Positions 11,291 through 22,382 of a DNA stretch of 64,000 nt are shown here, in pieces. The stretch's first letter is position 1, and every line of letters begins with the position of its first letter. The stretch covers positions 69,068,001 to 69,132,000 of the forward strand of contig CM060732.1 of assembly GCA_030704615.1 (NCBI GenBank), written 5' to 3'. Position numbers and translations under genes: made by a program. The notes under the pieces were generated by a model. The model was not told the origin of the DNA. It saw only the letters and a program-made list of their open reading frames with translations, and did no database searches. The DNA is from Takakia lepidozioides. Taxonomy: Eukaryota > Plantae > Bryophyta.

Positions 11291-14200
11291 GAGTACACTT
11301 CCCTCAATGGTCTCTCTGCCTACCGAGACGGTACAGGCAGTGAGTGGGGGCGAGCATGTGAGGACCACGGGGTGCATGCATCCATGGCACACGTGGGAGG
11401 TGCTCGAGGTTCAGAGGGAGTTGGCAGCCAAGGCGGCTGTGATGGATGAGGTTGGGGATTCTTCTCGGGTTGAGGAGGTCCTCAAGGATGAGATGATGGG
11501 GCAGGATGAGGCCTTGTCATTGACTGAGCAGGCAGGGAGTACTGCTCAAGAGGTTGCAACATAGCAACCACTGGACGTGTCCTCTACCTCTAAGCCCACT
11601 GGACTTAAGGTTGCAGTTACGGAGGACAATTGGGAGCTTGACATTGGACCCCTTGTCATTGGAGGAGAGAGACGACGTATACGGCGGTTCTTGAGGGCTT
11701 ACATGAATTGCTTTGCCTTCAGTTTGAAGGACTTGGGAGCACTGAAGGGTCAAGAGATCCGTATTGAGTTGGCCACTGACACGCCAATCTTTCGGAGACC
11801 CTATAGATACAGTGACATGGAGAGGTCTTTGATTCAGATGAGGACTCAAGATCTCTGGGAGGCAGGTTTGGTGGAGCTCTCTGGTGGAGAGTATGCTTCA
11901 GCCACAGTGATGCCAGCCAAGAAGGATGTCTATGGCAATTGGACGGAGAGACTTATGTGCGGTGATTACCGGCCTGTAAATCGTCAGACCAAGTCCGATA
12001 AGTATGCCATGCCAACACCAGAGGAGATCTTTGATGCCATCGGGCATGCTAAAGCCTTTAGCACTTTGGATTTACGATCCGGATATCACCAGTTGCCAAT
12101 CAAGGAGGCGGACAAGCAGAAGACGACATTCTGGGGGATCAATGAGCACGTCAAGGATTGCCTATATCAGTGGCGGTTCTTACCATTTGGGCTTAAGAAT
12201 GCTCCTGCAGAGTTTCAGAGAGTCATGGATAGGATTCTAGCAGGGGTGGACTTTGCTCGGTGCTACATAGATGACATCATCATCTTTAGTGTTACGATGG
12301 AGGAGCATGAGAGACACCTTCAGGTGGTATTGGAGCGCTTGAGAGCGCACGGATTGACGTTGCATCCGGGGAAGTGCAAGTTTTTCCACAACCAGATTGA
12401 GTATCTGGGTCACATGATATATCCTGGAGGATTGGGGGTACAGCAAACTAAGGTAGAGGCCATTGCACAAATTCCACGCCCCACGGATGTGAGCCGAGTT
12501 CGAGCTTTCATGGGGTTGGCAAACTATTATAGACGGTTTGTCAAGGGATTTAGTACCATTGCAAAGGCTCTAACCAAGTTGACCAAGGTGGACCAGGAGT
12601 GGCAGTGGGAAGATGAGCAAGAACGAGCTTTTCAAGAGCTCAAGGCGAGGTTGACCTCGGCGCCTATCCTGAGACGACCTATCAGGGGGCGTCCCTTTCA
12701 GCTGCATACGGATTGGAGCATACTGGGGCTTGGAGCGGTGCTCACACAGGTGGATGATGAGGGAAGAGAGTTCGTAGTGGCTTATGCTAGCCGCTCGAAC
12801 AACGCTGCAGAGGCTAAGTACAGCTCATATGAGGGAGAGTGCTTAGCTGCAGTGTGGGCCGTGGCACACTTCAGGTGCTATCTATATGGCAATCTTTTCA
12901 CCCTTGTCACGGATCACCAGCCACTCAAGTGGTTGATGGAGTCAGACAAGCTTACGGGGAAGCTTGCACGGTGGGCACTCATACTCCAGGAGTATGACTT
13001 TCAGGTTGTGCATCGATCAGGTTTGGTCAATCGATATGCGGATGGATTGAGTCGCAATCCATGCATGAGCCAGCAGGATGACACAGGAGCTCGGTGGCAT
13101 GGTGAGACGGACGAGGAGATGGTGCCGGGATGGCACGCATCTGCATTTTTGTGTATCTTGGCATCGGGAAGTCAGGTTGGACCTACAACAAGGATGACTG
13201 TAGACGGAGTGTATGAGGACCCTGAGGCTAGTGATGAGCCAGGTGGTGCCAGAGATATACATGAGGATTCGGCTGTGTTGGACTACCTCCGCACGGGAGA
13301 CACGGCAGCCACTGTGACTGCCAGGGAAAGAGATCGGATCCTACAACGAGCCAAGAGGTTCAAGTGGGAGGGGATACACCTACTTCGAGTGTGGGAGGAT
13401 GGTCGGGTGAGGATTGTGCCTCACCTCACACAGCGTGCACGGTTAGTGCGGCATGCCCATGAGGAGTTGGGGCATTTTGGAATGCGACGCACTCACAGTT
13501 TACTGCAGGGGCAGTATTGGTGGCGTGGTATGCATACAGAGGTGCAACAGTTCGTGGCTAGGTGCATGGTGTGTGACAGGGTGCGTGCTTCATTCAACGC
13601 CCCTACACCACAGTTGCATCATTTACCTATCATGGGATTGGGCTACAGGTGGAGTCTTGACTTCGCAGGACCGTTGCCACTGACTGTGCGCCACCACAGA
13701 TATGTGTTGGTGATGGTGGAGCACTTCTCCAAGTGGATTGAGTTGGTTCCATTGCCTGACAAGGCTAGTGAGGGGGCTGCGTATGCATTCTTGGATCGTG
13801 TGCTTAGCCGATTTGGTGCTCCAGCTGAGGTACTCACGGACCAAGGGAGAGAGTTCTTGGGGGAGTTTCAGGCTTTGTGTGATAAAGCCTTGATAGACCA
13901 CTGCACCACTTCTCGGGATCATCCTGAGGCCGATGGCTTAGCAGAGAGAGTTGTTCAGACGGTGAAGAGGGGTTTGCGCAAGTATGGCTTGCAGAAGGAC
14001 ACCTAGGAGATTGGGATCTTCAGGTTCCTTGGTTAGCCATGGGCTACAGGTTCAGCAAACAAGCATCGCTTGCCTCCTTCTCACCATATTTCCTTCTCTT
14101 TGGCCGAGAGCCGGATTTGCCTGCAGCCATTCGTAGGGACACTGCTCAAGTCCTTAACCTTGACGATCCGGACGTGTGGGTACGTGCATGTGATCAGCGT

Positions 14201-14554
14201 GCAGAGTTGTTCAAGACAGTCATGCCCATGGCTTTTGAGAACCTTGCCATTGCACAGCACCGTGATACGTTGAGGTATGCCACTATACGTGGTGGAGGAT
14301 ATCGTCCTGGGGTTCGGAGGTTTAGCCCTGGTGACTATGTTTATTTGCAGCAGACTGCTCCTACGACTCTGGATGTTACTGCAGGGCGTGTTATTCTGAG
14401 GGTTCGAGAGGTGTTGCCCTCAGGGGTCCTGATCTTAGAGGGTCGGGATGGCATGACTTGGAAAGACCATGTGCGTAATTGTGCGCCATGTCACCTTCCC
14501 AATGTTAATGGCAGAGTTGACCCAAACTTGGCAGTGGTACCTGCAGGTTTGAGG

Positions 14555-14698
14555 TGCATGCTCTGTGGGTCTGCCAAAGGGGCAGCCACCATGCTGATGT
14601 GTGATCGATGCTTAAGGGGTTGGCATATGGGATGCTTGACACCACCTCTTGAGAAGGTTCCTGACGGAGATTGGTTGTGTCCACACTGCTTGGGATAG
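14555..14698 (+). other. PHD finger at the integrase C-terminus
   Basis: CMLC...MLMCDRCLRGWHMGCLTPPLEKVPDGDWLCPHC is a C4HC3 finger with the conserved VPxGxWxC tail. Confidence 0.9.
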
Positions 14699-14947
14699 TG
14701 GCAGTGGACATGACTGGAGGCAGCTAACAAGACATGGGAGGCCAAGCTCATAGGAGTCAATACATGAGATCCCAAGCTCAAGTTCACAGGTTGCAAGATG
14801 GCGACTAACGATGGGGCAACTCTTGCACCCGGCCTCTTGATCTATCGAGTTTGAGTGTAGTAGGGATAGTGGTGGAGGACTTAGTGAGGCTATGGTCACT
14901 ATCACATCTTGTGGCTACCTGGACTTAGAGGGACCTAAGCACCAGCT

Positions 14948-14958
14948 AGGGGGGGCGA
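14948..14958 (+). promoter_or_regulatory. Polypurine tract
   Basis: AGGGGGGGCGA lies 1 nt before the TG start of the 3' LTR at 14960. Confidence 0.7.
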
Positions 14959-14959
14959 T

Positions 14960-15667
14960 TGTGTGGACTAGTGACTGCCATAGTGGGCAGCGTAGTGGCA
15001 GCCTAGTGACTGACTAGTTGTAGCCTAGTGGTTGGACTAGTGGTTGGACTAGTGGTAGACTAGTTGTATACTAGTGTGTGGTGTGCACATGTGTTGTGTG
15101 GTTTTGGACAGCGATGTAGTTGTGTAGCGATATGTATGCGCACGACAGCTGTCAAGTTATTTTACCACTAGTGTGAAACTAGCTAGGAAATAGCTAGCTT
15201 TTACATATTGACATTTGGGATTGGCCCAAGTGTCAATCCAGGGGTCAATGCAGATTTAGGCCCTGGAGTGGTTATCTTCACGGCAAGCGCGGGAGGCTCA
15301 TCTTTCTCGAGTTGAGCCTCACCGCGCCTAGCTATGGCGCCGTAGTGTGGATTCCCCATGGCGTGGGGTGCACTTGGCTTGACTTGTATTTGAGTGATGA
15401 GGTTATATATGCATGAGTTTATGCTTCAGCTTTGTGAGCTCGTATGAGCTTGTGCTTGTATTCTTCTTCTTTATCATTGTGTGGACTAGTGACTGCCATA
15501 GTGGGCAGCGTAGTGGCAGCCTAGTGACTGACTAGTTGTAGCCTAGTGGTTGGATTAGTGGCTGGACTAGTGGTATACTAGTGGTATACTAGTGTGTGGT
15601 GTGCACATGTGTTGTGTGGTTTTGGACAACGATGTAGTTGTGTAGCGATATGTATGCGCACGACACA
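14960..15667 (+). repeat. 3' LTR region with a 190-bp direct repeat (14958-15147 and 15476-15665)
   Basis: The copies are 518 bp apart with 5 mismatches by eye and contain ACTAGTGG microrepeats. TATA-like TTATATAT at about 15403. Possible LTR ends at CA 15476 or ACACA 15667. Confidence 0.8.
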
Positions 15668-15991
15668 GAAAATTACCACTAACAATAACAAAGTTTAGAC
15701 CCCTGCCACCATGGAATATTCCAAAAAAATTCAACATGTGAAACCTATTTCCGTGGAATTTTGATTGCTTTAAAATTTTCTTACATCAAATGTTTATTAT
15801 CGTGATACAAGGCGATCAACGGTGCTAAGGCCCAATTAGAGCATGGGAGAACCTCCTTCATTCTGCCCGCCATGACCATAGTTTACTAATGACACCACAC
15901 CCTCAATCAGCCACAGCCTTCCCTGCTCTAGCTGATCAAACAACGTAGAATAATTTGAGTTGCGCCTTCAGGCCACTTGCAAGGTAGAGTA

Positions 15992-17741
15992 CCGTACTTA
16001 CCTAGCTTAGGCACTTCCGCGCCTAATAATTAATAAAAATGGAATATTATTTTCAGATTTGTTTTTATTACTTAGGCACCTCACCTAGGTAATTTCCAAA
16101 CATTAGGCATGTATTATAGTCGAACCTAGATAAATGTTACCTCATTTTTTGTTATGTCACCCCTAATGTTATGAAATCTTTGATCTGCAAAAGTTGACAC
16201 TTGAAAATGGCATGACTAGAGCGTTACTTGATATGTGTACTGAAAATATGGTTCTCTTCTTTGTTAGCACATCTCTATAGTTGTTAGATCTTATGCTGAG
16301 CCTTAATATAGTTGGTTTTGAGAAAACATTCATCCACTCTTATCAAGGATGTACGGCTTATCCAAAGGCACCACACGTCCATAACAAAATAACATAATGA
16401 ATAATTATTTTTGACCTCTCTCAAAAACTATTGTTGAGGTATTTTTTAAAATATATATATAATTGTTTTGAAAATAGATATTACCTCAACAATAATTTAG
16501 GCATTTTTGCCATTTTTTGGACTTTAAATAATATAATTTAGGCATTTTTTCCACATATTTGGACATTTTGGTATTTTTTCACAATTTCCAATCATTAGGC
16601 ACCAGCGTTTTGTTTTTGCGTGAAATTTCGCCACTTTTCGAGGAAGAAATTGGCCTCACGAAATCTACAAAGGAATTATGGGTTAAAATATGGCACTGTT
16701 TCGCATTACTGCCCTCCTTAATGCCATCATGTCGTTGCAATGAGGACGCCGCCTGTACAGCTGTCGCACACGGAAAGAGCCACATGCCTTCAGGTTCGTT
16801 AGATCTAGATGATCTTGCCTATCGATTTCTAGAAACCCTACCACCCTGCCAGCGCAAGGAGCAAAGCCTTGGGTTCAAACTCTTCCCGCTTTCGCCAAAG
16901 GGTCGAGCTATGGAGGGAACTCTCGTTTAGGTTTCGTTTACCTGCCAGTATCTGTGTCATGCACCTCCATTTAAGCAGACTTACGCTGCCTCTTGCACTG
17001 GCACATGAGGCTTTGAGCAGAGTTGCTGATCTTGGACAAGATTAGTCATATTTGTCAATGGAATGTATCCATGTGACAGAGTTGTGCTAGGCTGGTTGCC
17101 TTTGTTTCCATGGCTTCATTGCCTTGTTCTGATCTGCACGAAACTTTTAAGGCGTTCCGGATGTTTTTTTCATTTATGTTTGTTCTTGTACACTAACATG
17201 GTTTGCTTGTGTAGGTCCTACCCTGTGCTGCAATGGACAGAGTCTTTGTGGCTGAGGTTCAATTCCTCCAGAGGGCATTTCTCCTATGTTTGTTCTTGTA
17301 CACTTACGTGGTTTGCTTATGTAGGTCCTACCCTGTGCTGCAATGGACAGAGTCTTTGTGGCTGAGGTTCAATTCCTCCAGCATTTTCGCTCAACAACGT
17401 GCTATGCAATATGCAGTGTCGTTGTTACTTAGAAAAAATTACCTCTCTTGTCGCTCCCACAAACCGAACACTACATGAGTTGAGTTCGCATAAAACTCAT
17501 CAAACTTTCTTGACAGTAGCCACTGGTTCGAGATCACATGCCAAAGAGTCGCCAATTGATCTTCCTCATATGCCAGCTAGGAGCCAACGTGGCTCAAGTT
17601 CTTAAATGAAAAAAAAAAACGCTGTTAGGCACTTCTCAGGAATTTTTTCCAAGTTTTAGGCACATTTTCCAAAAATGTTCTAAATTTAATTAGGCACTTG
17701 ATTTTGAATTAATTATTGCCTAATAAGCTAGGTAAGTACGG
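15992..17741. mobile_element. Non-autonomous Tc1/mariner-pogo-type element (1.75 kb)
   Basis: TA-CCGTACTTACCTAGCTTA (15990-16009) is the exact reverse complement of 17724-17743, giving a TA target duplication and an 18-bp TIR. Many TTAGGCA subterminal repeats; no transposase ORF. Confidence 0.82.
17175..17381. repeat. Tandem duplication, 110-bp period
   Basis: TATGTTTGTTCTTGTACACT...GGTTCAATTCCTCCAG starts at 17175 and again at 17285. Confidence 0.9.
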
Positions 17742-19869
17742 TAGTTTGGAAGTCATGGAGATTTCGTGGAGATGCTTCGATCCCAAAAATTGACCAGCTG
17801 CTAGCTTCGAATGGAACAAAAAACCGAAATGCAGTCCATGACATCTCAATTGAAATAGAGTCCACATACAATTAAATGAAATTGTTGACAGTAGACGATA
17901 TATTCAAAACTTTATTTTAATAATCAATTGTACATAATACAGTCACTATTGGAACCTTCTTCTCCAAAAATACTCCCGCCGCTTCCTCTTTCATCTGAGA
18001 ATGACTCCACAATCTCATTTGAGTTTCCACTTTCGTACATATCTAAGTCTACCTCATTGTCCTCATGTGCTGATAGGTCAAAGTGTCATTCAACTCATCT
18101 ATCCATACTCGGGTATTTCTGAATAGCCAAAGCTTGCGCCATTTGCTCTGCATAATATATTGGGAGGAGGAATTCGTTATCTAGATTCAAAAACTCAACA
18201 CCTACACATGACCTGCAAACCAAAGTGAGTTTAATCATTAACCCCTAAAGGACAATTGTCCAAAGGAGGGTTTTTTCGGATTTCGGGCAGGCTCCTACGA
18301 TGTCAATTTTGAGTGTTATTTTTTGAATTGTTTTTATGGATGTAGAGAATTCCAAGAGCTTCGCGGGAATATAATTTGTTTTTTTCACCAGACATCGGAA
18401 ATGTAGTTATGCTGCCCGAAATAGTTTTTTATACTCATCGGGCAGTTTGGAATCTTTTGCTACAACCTTCAACTACCTTTACGATTTGGTATACAATTAA
18501 TTATCGTAATCTTCTTTCAAATTGTCAAAAACAAATCCTTTCGGGCAAGGTGCAAAAACATTAGCTTCTCCTAACACAATATCTTAGGTAGAAATTAGAG
18601 ATTTTATTAATTTTTAAATTCTAGTTTTTTTATTCAAGAAGAAGTAGGAATCTTCATATCGACCATTTGGATTAAGATTTTATATTAAAATTTTATAATT
18701 ATAATTTTTACATATGTATTAAAAAACAAAAGATAAATAATATAAATAAATACATAAAAAGCCACAACAACAACTGTGTGGAAAGGGACTGACAACAAGA
18801 AAGGTAAGCTAGGACGAGAGTGGGGAAGGGCAAACTGGCACTCGCCACAAGAATAGGACTTGGGAGTGGGGAACGAGATTCTACAATTTGGCTAATTATC
18901 AAATTTTTGCAAAAGGAATTGTTTGACAATTATTTTTGAAATTTAAAGGATACTCTTTTAGAAGAATTAGTCATATTTCAAAAGAGATTTGTTGCAAATA
19001 ACAAGATTTGTATGGAGAGCTATAAAAAAACGAAGAAGAATACACAAAATTTGCCACAATAGACACATCTTCAACAATATTTATAGCCATATGTCATAAT
19101 ATTCGTTTAATCTAGAGTCTTGGTGGAGAGACTAGCTCAGGTTCTATGGATGAGTGTAGATGGATGAGTGGGAATGAAGAGTCACTGGATCGACAACACC
19201 GGGCGGGTGGGGGGGAGGGGGGCATACGGCCCATCCTTTGTTGTGTAGCCAGGCAAGTCGTTTCTACTCATTGCATAAGGATTTCAAAAAATTGTGATAC
19301 CTATGACCATGGTAAAGTAAGGGTTTTTCCAATTTTTTGAATTTTTGAAACCAGCTTTATATGAATAATAAGTGGATTTTTTTTCATATAAATGTATTTG
19401 TGACAAAGTATTACGTTTTTAATATCCAAAATTTCATAAACAAGGGTACAATTTTTTTTAAACAATTATTTTAAAAAAATATCATTTTTGGATTGAGAAC
19501 TTTGGTATTCTTTAATTTCATCCAACTCAAAGGCATTGGATCACAGCTGAATTGGGAACTCCATGGCATTCATTGGCATGCCATTTCAATCAGATAATGA
19601 TGAAGCAGGGTCAGCGCAAGGTCAGCACACTGGAGTGAGCCCCTCACAAAGGTAGACTCTGTTACCTTCTGTTATGCAAATGGTCCATGGCCCCAAGGCT
19701 ACAACAAGTCATTCATAATTGCTATATACATGAGGTCTAATTGCTATGCGCATGAAGTGTTCACTCTTGCACTTCAAATTGACCAATAACCAACCTAGGA
19801 TTCTGCTGTACCCAACAAGTTGTCAATCAAGTCCTTTATTCAAAATGGAAACCATCATCAATGTTGTAG

Positions 19870-20998
19870 ACCCTTACCCACACGGGCATTGAAGTCACCT
19901 AGCAAAAATACATACAATAGCATTGACACAGAACTTAGCAGTCCAAACAGAGATCCCTCAGGTAACCTGTAACATATTGTCCACAAAAAGATCCTTATTG
20001 CTGATGACATATTTTAAATTTACTCCCAGCCACATATTGTGTTCATGCTGAAGGTCCCTTTTGATGCATTCACAATTATCAAACTGTCAAGAAATCGCAG
20101 ACATAGGTACCAACACCCTTCTGACCATGCTTTGCACCCAACAGGCTGTCAAGCTGGTCCTCTAATCAGAATGGCATACTACTGACATCATCATATTATG
20201 AACCCTTACCCACGCGGGCATTGAAGTCACCTAGCTAGCAAGACTACATGATATTTGTCACTAGTTTAAGCAGTCCACCTTCTAAGAAGATCTTTGACAT
20301 CTTTGACAAACAAGGATCCCTCAGATGACATGTAGACATAGAATTTAGTGCCTGCCACATCCTGTATTCATACTAAAGGTCCCCTTTGATAATTTCACAA
20401 TTATCAATGAAGAAATCGTAGACAAAGGCACCACCACAAATGTGGATAATATTTGCACATTCTGGATGACGGACAAAATGACTGATTATTCATCCATGCA
20501 ACATTTTTTTGAGATAAGGATTTTTTTTCTCAAATTTCTGCAGCAATTGACTTTTACAATCATTGTCTATTACAATGTTTTTAATTTTCTACACCATTCT
20601 AGATCAATTTATGTTTCATTTGAGTGATCTAAATCCTAGAAGATCCTACATTGTGAGATGTTCTTTTCGGACCTCATAATTTGAGTAGGTAAAAATAGAG
20701 CACTACTTCTTCTTACGGAATATCCGAGAAGAATCCTCAGTAACGAACTTCAGTTATCTTGCATGGCTCTCATGCGATATGCCTTATGGAAGCCTCGAGG
20801 GTTTTAATTTTTTTCCCTCCAATAATTCAGCAATAAAGTTACCAACCAGGGCCAAGTCCCCTATTTCTTTTAAAAATAAAAATAAATATATATTTTTAAA
20901 TTTTTTCTACACCATTCTAGATCAATTTATGTTTCATTTGAGTGATCTAAATCCTAGAAGAATTGTGAGATGTTCTTTTCGGACCTCATAATTTGAGT
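19870..20998. repeat. Two pairs of local direct repeats
   Basis: A diverged repeat of about 230 bp starting ACCCTTACCCAC..GGGCATTGAAGTCACCTAGC at 19870 and 20202. A near-identical repeat of about 100 bp, TTTTCTACACCATTCTAGATC...CATAATTTGAGT, at about 20585 and 20903. Confidence 0.75.
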
Positions 20999-21580
20999 TT
21001 TGCACTTCCCGAGTATTTGTAAGTTTGGGGGAATTTATTTATTTATTTTTAGATACAAAATTCGATGTTGAAGTAAAAAACAGAGGTTTAGTTTGGCTTA
21101 TTCAAATGGCGCCCTATACTTCCACTTGGGAACATTTTTCATGTCCAGACCATGTTCTTGAGGCCATAGTCGGACGTTAAGTTTTCCAATATACAAATAA
21201 GTGAGGAGCACACATTCTTCTCTATATGCATGGGATCAAGGAAGTGCCGGATTTTCAGATCTTGCGTATCATGAAATTTTCATATAATTTATAATAAACC
21301 CTAAACTCGGTGCAATTTCATATGAGAAATTTGAGGACATTCAATGGAATCATATCTATGGTCCAATGCATTTCGGACTTGTACCTCCCAATAATGCAAC
21401 TTGAGCCGGGACATGCCAGGCCTTGCGAGCGGACGTTTTTTATCCACCACCTTTCTCACCGGCCTATAAAAAATGACCCCCTTTCCTTCCAAGTCCGTCC
21501 CCTAGTCCATGTACAACACGCTTACATTCAAGTGTCACAAATCTCTAATGGGCGCATTCCATCATGCGTGGCAAGGCAGT

Positions 21581-21798
21581 CGGTCTCCACGGCAGTCGGC
21601 TTGGCGATTAGGGTTTGGGCCGCCAGTCTCCACGGCAGTCGGATTAGCGATTAGGGTTTGGGTCGCCAGTCTCCACGGCCGTCGGATTGTCGATTAGGGT
21701 TTGGGCAGCCAGTCTCCACGGCCGTCGGATTGGAGATTAGGGTTTGGGCCGTCAGTTTCCACGGCCGTCGGATTGGCGATCACGGTTTGGGCCGCCAG
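21581..21798. repeat. 5 x 43-bp tandem array carrying telo-box and site II-like motifs
   Basis: Units start at 21581, 21624, 21667, 21710 and 21753; consensus CAGTCTCCACGGCCGTCGGATTGGCGATTAGGGTTTGGGCCGC. Four units keep TTAGGGTTT; three keep TGGGCC. Confidence 0.9.
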
Positions 21799-22382
21799 GC
21801 TCACATTCTTCTCTCCCTCGGCTCTCGTCCTTCGCCATCGCCCTCGCCCTTTATCCATTTTGCCTTGATCCATCCTTCCATTTCTGCCTCGCTCTCTCGA
21901 TTTTCGCGTTTGTGCTTTCTCGGTGTGGTTGGAGCTTGGAGCTTGGAGCGCGGAGGATTCTTCTTTTGGTCGGGTGAGCGTTTTCTTTGAGTGTTCTGGT
22001 TCGGTGTTGACTCTCTTTGAGTGTTTTTCTTTCTTGAGAGTGCGTTCATTTGATTTTGTTATGTCTCATGCTTCGATTTGCTCCATGTTTGGGATTACGA
22101 GCTAATTAGTCACTAATTCGAAGACATAGGGAAGATTTGCATTTGTTTTTTTGCTCAGTTCGGGTATGTTTTTTTACCTTCTGCTTCTCAATCAGGTATA
22201 ATAAGTATGGTTGCCGACAGACTCTTTTCTTAAAGAAACTTTATCTTTATCTTTATCTTTTTGGAGTAAGGGTTCTCACAAGGATCACACTTTGTTGCAG
22301 GTGGTTTACTTACTACGCAACAGTGGTTTCAGCAAACGCTGAAAGTTAGCTTTCCTCTCTTTGATGCTCAGCACGGGCCCAG

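Larger units (their letters stand above)
7605..14698 (+). pseudogene. Gag-PR-DNMT-RT-RNaseH-INT-PHD polyprotein with 5 in-frame stops and 1 frameshift
   Basis: ORFs starting at 7368 (ATG 7605), 8601, 8865, 11109 and 11577 share one frame. Stops at 8454, 8589, 8862, 11025 and 11562; 1-nt deletion near 13997 (restoring it gives QKGHLGDWDLQVPWLAM). Motifs: CWTCGGPHVKKDC, CGHCGKHGHGEAQC, LLDSGA (D at 9603), YIDD (12264), TDWS RNase H, HHCC and D-D-E integrase. Confidence 0.9.
7605..15667 (+). mobile_element. Ty3/gypsy LTR retrotransposon carrying a C5 DNA methyltransferase and a PHD finger; 5' LTR absent
   Basis: Domain order Gag (2 zinc knuckles, RGG tract)-PR-DNMT-RT-RH-INT-PHD, followed by a polypurine tract and LTR-like repeats. 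Confidence 0.93.

Noticed and set aside
7605-15667. DIRS/tyrosine-recombinase element (split repeats, methyltransferase cargo)
   Set aside because: It encodes an aspartic protease and an HHCC/DDE integrase and has a PPT, which indicates Ty3/gypsy.
17925-18212. Acidic minus-strand exon-like segment
   Set aside because: Contains stops and no recognisable family; probably TE debris.
18238-18256. TTAACCCCT piggyBac-like terminus
   Set aside because: No matching inverted terminus found downstream.
21581-21798. CRISPR-like appearance of the 43-bp array
   Set aside because: Units are contiguous with no unique spacers, there are no cas genes, and the context is eukaryotic.
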